Origin: Myxococcota bacterium | Lineage (GTDB): Bacteria > Myxococcota_A > UBA796 > GCA-2862545 | Direction: 5' to 3' | Assembly: GCA_039208735.1 (NCBI GenBank) | Contig: JBCCQY010000007.1 | Span: 1-64,000, forward strand | Length of the DNA stretch: 64,000 bases | Part shown: piece by piece, positions 57,958 to 64,000 of the stretch | How positions within the stretch are numbered: position 1 is the stretch's first letter | How the letters are laid out: each line of letters starts with the position of its first letter | Position numbers and translations under genes: made by a program | The notes under the pieces: generated by a model | Told to the model about the DNA's origin: nothing | Seen by the model: the letters and a program-made list of their open reading frames with translations, nothing else | Database searches by the model: none

Positions 57958-60900
57958 ATGATGTGGCTTGGCATGGTGACGGTCGCGACGTGCCTTGCCC
58001 AAGACCTCCCCGTGCAGCGGGCGCGCATTGTGGTCGATGTCGATCAGGCCATCGCAACGGTGACCCAAACGCACACGTTCACCAACGACCGCAGCGCCTT
58101 CATCGAAGGCACCTACGTGTTTCCCCTGCCTGAAGACGCCTCCGTAGACGGCATGGTGATGCACATCGCAGACCGCACGATCGAAGGGCGCGTCGAAGAG
58201 CGTGACACAGCCTGGCTTGCCTATCGAAATGCGGTCGCCCAAGGCCGCATTGCGACGTTGACCCAAGAATCTCGGCCTAACGTGTTTTTACAACGGGTCG
58301 GCAACATTCCCCCCGGCGCCAGCATCGATGTCACCCTGACTTTGGTGCAACCCGTCGACCAACGCAATGGCTACGCAGAGCTGGTGCTCCCGGTGGTCGT
58401 TGCCCCGCGCTTCATCCCGGCATCCGACCGACCCAACATCGAACCGGGGCCGCGGTTAGGCGACACCCCCGTCGAGACCCAGGTCTCCGTTTCGCTGACC
58501 AGCGCCACCCCGATCATCGACCTGCATTCGCCTAGCCACGCCGGGCTCACCTCCCTGGAGGCTTCCGCCACCCCTGGAGTTCCCCATCAAGCACGCTTTG
58601 AGTTGAACACGCCCGGGCAGCGAGATGTCGTTCTGCGCTGGTCAATGAGACGGCAGACTCCTACAGCCCACGTCCTTCTCCAACGGGGACCCAACGACGC
58701 CGAACATGCGCTCCTCATCGTCGATCCACCGGCGGACGTATCCCCAGCGGATCGGGTGGCCCGCGAATTGGTGTGGGTCATCGACCAATCCTGTTCGATG
58801 CGCGGCGCGCCCCTCACCTTGACCCAGCGCGCCATGCAGCAGCTCGTGGACGACCTCGATGAGCGCGACAGCGTCTGGCTCTTGCCATCCACCGCGTGGC
58901 TCGAGGGCGAGAGCGAACCGCAGGCAGTGACGCCTTGGCGTCAAACCCTGGTCCGAGGCCGCATCGCCAGCCTCGAGGCCACCGGTCCCACGCCCTTGTT
59001 TGAAGGGCTTACCCTCGCGCTCGAGCATCCCCTCGACCCACGACGAGAGCGCGCGATCATCGTGGTCAGTGACGGCCTTGTGGCGGACGACTGGTCCGTC
59101 CTACAACAGGTGGCGGATCAGCTGGGCCCCAGCCGACTGTTCAGCATTGGCGCCGGACCCTCGCCCAATCGTTTTCTGCTGGAAGAACTCGCTCGTATCG
59201 GCGGTGGAACATCGACATTCTTGCGTCAGGGTGAAGACCCTGAGGCCACGGTGGCCCGGTTCCTGCGCACGATTCAAGCGCCTGTGCTCACCGATGTGGG
59301 GGTGGACTGGGGCGACTGGGTGGTCGACGAAGTGACGCCAGACCGCTGGCCCGCGGTGTACGCGAACCAGCCCCTGCAGCTCACCGCCATCGTGCGAAAG
59401 CGAGGCACCACACCCATCACGATTCGGGGCCGTACCGTGGACGGGCCATGGAAGACCGAGGTCACCCCAACCGTGCTCGATGCAGGCCGTAGCATCCCTT
59501 CAACCTGGGCCCGGCAGCGCATCCGCGAACTCGATCGGGACCAACTGTGGCGCGACGTTCCCGGCGCCGTCAAGCGCATCATCGACCTGTCGCTGACCTA
59601 CCAGGTGTCGAGCCGCTACACCGCATTTGTGGCGATCGACGACCGCCCGGTCCGGGACCCCACCGACGCAATCTTTCGCGCCGAGCAACGGGCGGCACCT
59701 CCTGCAGACGCCACCTTCTTTGCCCCAGTGGTCGAAGCCAGCACCGCGTCACTCGAGTCCGCCTCCAGGGTTGTGGCGGCGTTCACAAGCCGCCGTACCA
59801 TCCCGGCCGGGCGATCCTACCAAACCGCTGTTTCCACCATTTACTTCCCCCTCTACCGCCGAGCATCGTTCGTCGGTCATCAATCGATCCTCTGGCCGTT
59901 CGACCCCGCCCTGGTGCAGCGGTACGGAGCGACCAACAATCGCTTCATCGAGCTTCGCCACGAAGAAGGCCTCGCAACCCGGACCGACCTGGGCGTTCGC
60001 GAGACCATGGGCGCCGCGCGAGGGCCCGTGGTGAGGGATGCCGTATGGGCCGAAGGACGGGCTCGGCGCATCGAGACCAACGCGGGAGATCGAAGCTACC
60101 TAGGGCATCGTCTCGTGATAGGCGCCTCCGCGCAGCCCAATTCAAGCCATCAGCTGATGGCTCGAGGATTGGTGGATCGCAGCACCATCAACGATGCGTT
60201 TGGGCGCTCCGACCAGGCCGAGCTGGCGCTGTCCGGCCAGTGGAAGGCGTTTCCCTCGCCCAACTTCGCGGTTGAGCTTCAAACGGAAGGGCGACGGGTA
60301 GGGATTGGCGACGATCGATTCGACCGTTTGGTGGCCCAAGTCATGCTACGCCAGGTCATTTCGAAACACCGTTGGTGGGCCGAACTGCTCGCCGACCGCG
60401 TGCGGTGGCAGCGCCCGGATGGGTTCCGAACCCGGGGCCTTCCTCAGATCGCAGCGACCAACCGCATCTTCTTCCGCGGCGCGTATCGCTACCGCTTCGA
60501 TGAGCATTGGCTCATCCGCGCGTGGCTCGAGACGCACGGGTTCTTAGGCCGAGTATGGCCCACCCCGGCCCTCTGGATCGAATGGGAGCCGTCGGATTGG
60601 CTGACGGTGACCGGAGCCGCGGGTCGCCATCTCACGCACGTGGGCCAAGCAGGGTTTCTCAATGGTCAACCCGCCATTCTCAACGAAGCTCTGGCATCGG
60701 TGGAACTTCGCGTAAACTACGCCTTGGAGGCCAACTTCCAAGCCAGTGTCCGGTCCCGTCAAAACGTTCCGCAGGTTGACGGCTCCTCCGTAGACCGCGA
60801 TGTGGCACGGCTCGCCTTCGCGGGCCGGGCCGAACTCCACCCTCTGGAACTCGAAGTCACCGCGACCCAGCAATGGTTGCTGACCGATGTCCCCGGACCG

Positions 60901-61281
60901 GTCTACAGCGATGGCACGTTGGCCGGCTTTGCCCATCGACTCGAGGGGCACATCGCGTGGACGTCCAACCGCCGCAACCCCCTGACGACCGAATTTCTCG
61001 CGGGAGTCTTCGCTCAGCCCCTTGGAAACGTGCTTCCCGATCCCACCCTCCGTAACGGACCCAACATTCCGCGGTGGAGGCTTGGCAACCGTTGGACGTG
61101 GACCCGAACCAGCCACCAGGCCATCCCCTTCGAGATCTCGGTCGAAGCATCATGGACCGAGCTGCTCGGACCCGCCTCTCTCGACGATGTGCTTCGGTCC
61201 GGCCTGCAAGGTCCCCAGGTTGCGCTACCCGCGTTCACCGGTCTGCGCCTTGGGGGAACCGTGGCACTGAAATTCGAGTGA
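57958..61281 (+). CDS. Exported VIT plus vWA protein with C-terminal beta-barrel-like region
   Basis: VIT: EGTYVFPLP, IEGRVEE, RPNVF..VGNIPPG; MIDAS DQSCS, T, SDG; S.YTAFVAID; then PAGRSYQ and an aromatic beta-rich tail ending LKFE; AGGAGG RBS. Confidence 0.82.
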   Translation: MMWLGMVTVATCLAQDLPVQRARIVVDVDQAIATVTQTHTFTNDRSAFIEGTYVFPLPEDASVDGMVMHIADRTIEGRVEERDTAWLAYRNAVAQGRIATLTQESRPNVFLQRVGNIPPGASIDVTLTLVQPVDQRNGYAELVLPVVVAPRFIPASDRPNIEPGPRLGDTPVETQVSVSLTSATPIIDLHSPSHAGLTSLEASATPGVPHQARFELNTPGQRDVVLRWSMRRQTPTAHVLLQRGPNDAEHALLIVDPPADVSPADRVARELVWVIDQSCSMRGAPLTLTQRAMQQLVDDLDERDSVWLLPSTAWLEGESEPQAVTPWRQTLVRGRIASLEATGPTPLFEGLTLALEHPLDPRRERAIIVVSDGLVADDWSVLQQVADQLGPSRLFSIGAGPSPNRFLLEELARIGGGTSTFLRQGEDPEATVARFLRTIQAPVLTDVGVDWGDWVVDEVTPDRWPAVYANQPLQLTAIVRKRGTTPITIRGRTVDGPWKTEVTPTVLDAGRSIPSTWARQRIRELDRDQLWRDVPGAVKRIIDLSLTYQVSSRYTAFVAIDDRPVRDPTDAIFRAEQRAAPPADATFFAPVVEASTASLESASRVVAAFTSRRTIPAGRSYQTAVSTIYFPLYRRASFVGHQSILWPFDPALVQRYGATNNRFIELRHEEGLATRTDLGVRETMGAARGPVVRDAVWAEGRARRIETNAGDRSYLGHRLVIGASAQPNSSHQLMARGLVDRSTINDAFGRSDQAELALSGQWKAFPSPNFAVELQTEGRRVGIGDDRFDRLVAQVMLRQVISKHRWWAELLADRVRWQRPDGFRTRGLPQIAATNRIFFRGAYRYRFDEHWLIRAWLETHGFLGRVWPTPALWIEWEPSDWLTVTGAAGRHLTHVGQAGFLNGQPAILNEALASVELRVNYALEANFQASVRSRQNVPQVDGSSVDRDVARLAFAGRAELHPLELEVTATQQWLLTDVPGPVYSDGTLAGFAHRLEGHIAWTSNRRNPLTTEFLAGVFAQPLGNVLPDPTLRNGPNIPRWRLGNRWTWTRTSHQAIPFEISVEASWTELLGPASLDDVLRSGLQGPQVALPAFTGLRLGGTVALKFE

Positions 61282-61380
61282 GGCCTGGAGGCAGAATGCT
61301 CGTGCCACTCGGGTCGTGCGCCCTCCCAAGTCGGCGTGGACCAGCGTGGCCCGTCGAACCGCGGTGCCCGACGACGATCG

Positions 61381-62355
61381 CTACATGGACGGAAGGTCGA
61401 CGGCCCAGATCCCGAATGTGTCGAGGAAGGAAGCGGACAGGTACGTTTGCTGACCCGCGCGCACGGCGATGGAATCGATGTTGATGGTGTCCTGGTCACC
61501 AAATCCGAGCAACGGTTCGGCTTCCCAACGCGCGGCCACCGTGCCATCTGTCGCCACGCGCCACAGATCGCCGCCCGGGCTTTCCGCAACGAGAAACCCA
61601 TCCTCAATCGCCACGATGTCGGAGACCGCCGCCATCTCTTGATCGTCGATCGTGCCGAGTCCGATCGAGGTGAGTTCGGCGCCGGTGGTCACGTCGATCA
61701 GCACGGCCGGTGGCAGGGCGTTGGACGGATCGTGATGATCGACCGCAAGGTTGGCCCCTGCAGCCACCGGGGCCGTGCTGATCGCACTGGCCAGCTTCAA
61801 CGACGTCGGCGCCTTGGCGCAGTCCCCAACCCCAATGTCGACCCACGTGAGGGTGTCCGCGCCCACGGGCACGATGTAAGCGCGGTCCCCGGCCCCGGAG
61901 ACGGCAACGCCTTGACCCGAGGGTCCTTCACAGGAAAACTCCACGGCACCCGCCGTCGACAACCGAACGATCTCAGAGAAGAAGACGAGCAAGGTGGGAC
62001 GCCCGGCATCGTCAAGGTCGAAGTCGGTGATCGCATCGAAACCGGTGTCCTGCCAAACGCGAGTGCCCTGCAGCGAACAGCCTGCGGCCTCTCCATCCGC
62101 CTCGTAGCGGAAGAGTTCCCCTCCGACCTGCACCCAGAGCACCCCATCGGGCCCAATTCGGATCTCATCCGCCGCGTCGGTCAATGCAGGGGTCAACACG
62201 CAGGGCGTGCCGACGATCTGCGGAAGGATGGGCGCCATGCCGGTATCAGAGGTGTCCGGGGAAGGCATCGTCGTCGAGGGGACTGGGGCAACCCGATCAC
62301 ATCCAATGGCGAAAGCCCAGATCAGAACAGCAGCAAGCGAGGAGCGAAGGCTCAC
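61381..62355 (-). CDS. Hypothetical lipoprotein, beta-propeller-like
   Basis: Lipobox AIGC; DTSDTG linker; IGPDGVLWV, GVAVSGAGDRAYI and DGFLVAE blades. Confidence 0.6.
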   Translation of the reverse strand: MSLRSSLAAVLIWAFAIGCDRVAPVPSTTMPSPDTSDTGMAPILPQIVGTPCVLTPALTDAADEIRIGPDGVLWVQVGGELFRYEADGEAAGCSLQGTRVWQDTGFDAITDFDLDDAGRPTLLVFFSEIVRLSTAGAVEFSCEGPSGQGVAVSGAGDRAYIVPVGADTLTWVDIGVGDCAKAPTSLKLASAISTAPVAAGANLAVDHHDPSNALPPAVLIDVTTGAELTSIGLGTIDDQEMAAVSDIVAIEDGFLVAESPGGDLWRVATDGTVAARWEAEPLLGFGDQDTINIDSIAVRAGQQTYLSASFLDTFGIWAVDLPSM

Positions 62356-62509
62356 GTGATCTCCACGGGAAGGGCGGCCCAAGCCTATCTCGCTCCGAAG
62401 ACTTCACACGGCTGTGAACTCGAAACGAGGCGAAAGGAGTTTCATCAGCTACGGAATTAGTGTAACCTGACTCCAAATACCCAAAGCCAAGTCTTGGAGG
62501 CGCGTTTCC

Positions 62510-63199
62510 GTGCCACAACCACCGAATCCGAAGGCCCCCCACAACCCACGGAACCGGCTTTCCCTCAATGATCTGCGCGCGGCGGCAAGGCTCGTCAACG
62601 CAGCTTTGGTGGGAATCGTAGGATTCTCTGGTTCGTGGGCGCACAACGCACGCAAGGACGCGAAGCAGGTTGCAAGAAATGCCCTCACCGGACTCTTTCG
62701 TCGGCAAAGCAACGCCGGACAGCCCCCTGCCGACCTCTGGTGCGTGAGCGGGGCCACCAATTTTGGGGTACCTGCCCTCGCCTATGAAGTTTCAACCGAA
62801 CTCCACATTCCCCGGATCGGACTCACGGCAAGGGAAGCCCTCCGCTACAAACTTGCGGAACTCGATGTCCTCACGCTGGTCGGGCGGCGGTTTGGCGATG
62901 AATCACGCGCCTTCGTCGACCTTTGCGATGTGTTTTGGATGATCGGCGGAGGGTCGCAGTCCGAGGCCGAGATGCGGCTTGCGGCGAAACGTGGCAAGCC
63001 CATCGTCGTGGTGCAGGGCTTAGGGGGTCGGGCGGACCACATGACGCTGACGGAGCTTCCTACCGCACAGTTCCTCGATTGCGATACCCTCGAGGTCAGG
63101 TCGCCGGATCGTGATCGAAAAACCTATCTTCGGGTCGCAGGGCAAGCTGCACGAGCCCTCCCTCACACCGCACCAGCCACGTCGGGACCCGTTTGTTGA
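62510..63199 (+). CDS. SLOG-superfamily nucleotide-binding protein
   Basis: VGIVGFSG, VSGATNFGVPALAY, GDES, MIGGG.QS..E, GKPIVVVQGLGGRAD; GGAGG RBS. Confidence 0.72.
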   Translation: MPQPPNPKAPHNPRNRLSLNDLRAAARLVNAALVGIVGFSGSWAHNARKDAKQVARNALTGLFRRQSNAGQPPADLWCVSGATNFGVPALAYEVSTELHIPRIGLTAREALRYKLAELDVLTLVGRRFGDESRAFVDLCDVFWMIGGGSQSEAEMRLAAKRGKPIVVVQGLGGRADHMTLTELPTAQFLDCDTLEVRSPDRDRKTYLRVAGQAARALPHTAPATSGPVC

Positions 63200-64000
63200 C
63201 GAGTTCGGCATACAACCTGGTGCGTTTTTGGGGCCACAGCGAATCCAGTCTCCCTTGCTGGTTTGGTAGGTTCCAAACGCGTTCGGCCAACGCCATCCAA
63301 ATCACGGGTCGGCCCGTTCCTGCGGTGAGGCGCCCCAGCTGCCGAAGGATGTCATGCGACCGCTGATACAGACGCACCGGACTACGCCCCTCGATTCGGA
63401 TTTCGGTCTCGTCGTGGTGGCAGTGGACCTCGATGGGAGGCACCTCGGTGCGGGTCCCCGACATGCTCGCAGCCACTCGCGACCGGAGCATCAGGGTGAC
63501 GTTGCGTCCATCCAGGACCACGGGCTCGCCAGGCTCCAGCTCCACGACGGGTCCCCCGGGTTCGCGCGCGTACCAAACGCCTTCCGCACCCCAGACGGCC
63601 GGCCAATCCGCCAGGTCTCCCGGCTGCAGTTCCCCATCCGCATCCAAATGCCACGCCAGGTGGTCCATCGGATGCTCCGGACCCTCATCGACCTTCAGCG
63701 TCGGCACCAGATCGGGAAGGCACAACTCGACCACGCGCAGCGCCACCCCAGGCGCAAACTCAATCCGCATGCCGCGGATTAGCTTGACGTCATCGCGTCG
63801 GGTTCCATCGACCCACACCCGACCTCGGTAGGCCAACAACCAAAGCGCCCCCCCTCGCAAGCCAACCCCCGCGTGGGCCACCGAAATCGCGGGGTCCCTT
63901 AGCTGAAGGTCGGCGTACGGACCTCGTCCTACGACCGCCCCCAAACCCAGGGGCTGAATCTCACCGTCCGGCCCCTCGAAGGTCACACCGATGGACGGCG
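63096..64000 (-). CDS. FHA-domain protein with possible C-terminal HTH (5' end runs off the window)
   Basis: VVGRG..ADLQL.DP.IS.AHA FHA motif; frame open to the window edge. Confidence 0.75.
   Translation of the reverse strand, partial: PSIGVTFEGPDGEIQPLGLGAVVGRGPYADLQLRDPAISVAHAGVGLRGGALWLLAYRGRVWVDGTRRDDVKLIRGMRIEFAPGVALRVVELCLPDLVPTLKVDEGPEHPMDHLAWHLDADGELQPGDLADWPAVWGAEGVWYAREPGGPVVELEPGEPVVLDGRNVTLMLRSRVAASMSGTRTEVPPIEVHCHHDETEIRIEGRSPVRLYQRSHDILRQLGRLTAGTGRPVIWMALAERVWNLPNQQGRLDSLWPQKRTRLYAELVNKRVPTWLVRCEGGLVQLALRPEDRFFDHDPAT

Noticed and set aside
62388..62440. Possible hammerhead ribozyme (CGAAGA...CGAAA)
   Set aside because: Lacks the CUGANGA core and a proper stem III/cleavage-site arrangement
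1..64000. Prophage, IS element, tRNA or rRNA
   Set aside because: No integrase, transposase or structural phage motifs, and no cloverleaf or rRNA-like stretch recognised by eye; tRNAscan/Infernal not run

Overview
GC-rich, gene-dense bacterial chromosome segment of about 54 CDS. It most likely comes from a Myxococcota-like organism, inferred from MYXO-CTERM-like C-terminal tails, a Cys/Asp-rich MopE-like repeat lipoprotein, a TIGR02147 regulator and many exported WD40/caspase/CHAT proteins. The clearest known block is a phenylacetate catabolic cluster (paaX-K-Z-A-B-C-D-E-G, 23787-32535) with a candidate PaaX operator. Other recognisable genes include HMG-CoA reductase, a YhhN lysoplasmalogenase, a TetR plus fluoroquinolone-type ABC exporter, two histidine kinases, two multiheme cytochromes c, a PARG-like TIGR02452 protein and an S9 peptidase. 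No rRNA, tRNA, CRISPR array, integrase or transposase was recognised. The most unusual items are: (1) an exported caspase-like protein that has lost its catalytic dyad and is fused to an NlpC/P60-like Cys-His domain, one of three exported clan-CD proteins in the window; (2) an orphan ribosomal protein S17 homologue with an N-terminal extension, preceded by an element with four GCGNAGC mini-hairpins; (3) a VIT-vWA protein with a beta-barrel-like tail; (4) a His-rich protein with about 25 proline-punctuated 22-residue repeats, next to a BON/OmpA protein; (5) a stand-alone T4 Rnl1-like RNA ligase behind a STAND ATPase; (6) a lone SLOG protein. All family calls come from motif recognition by eye; no database search was run. 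Several start codons were re-chosen from RBS or overlap evidence.
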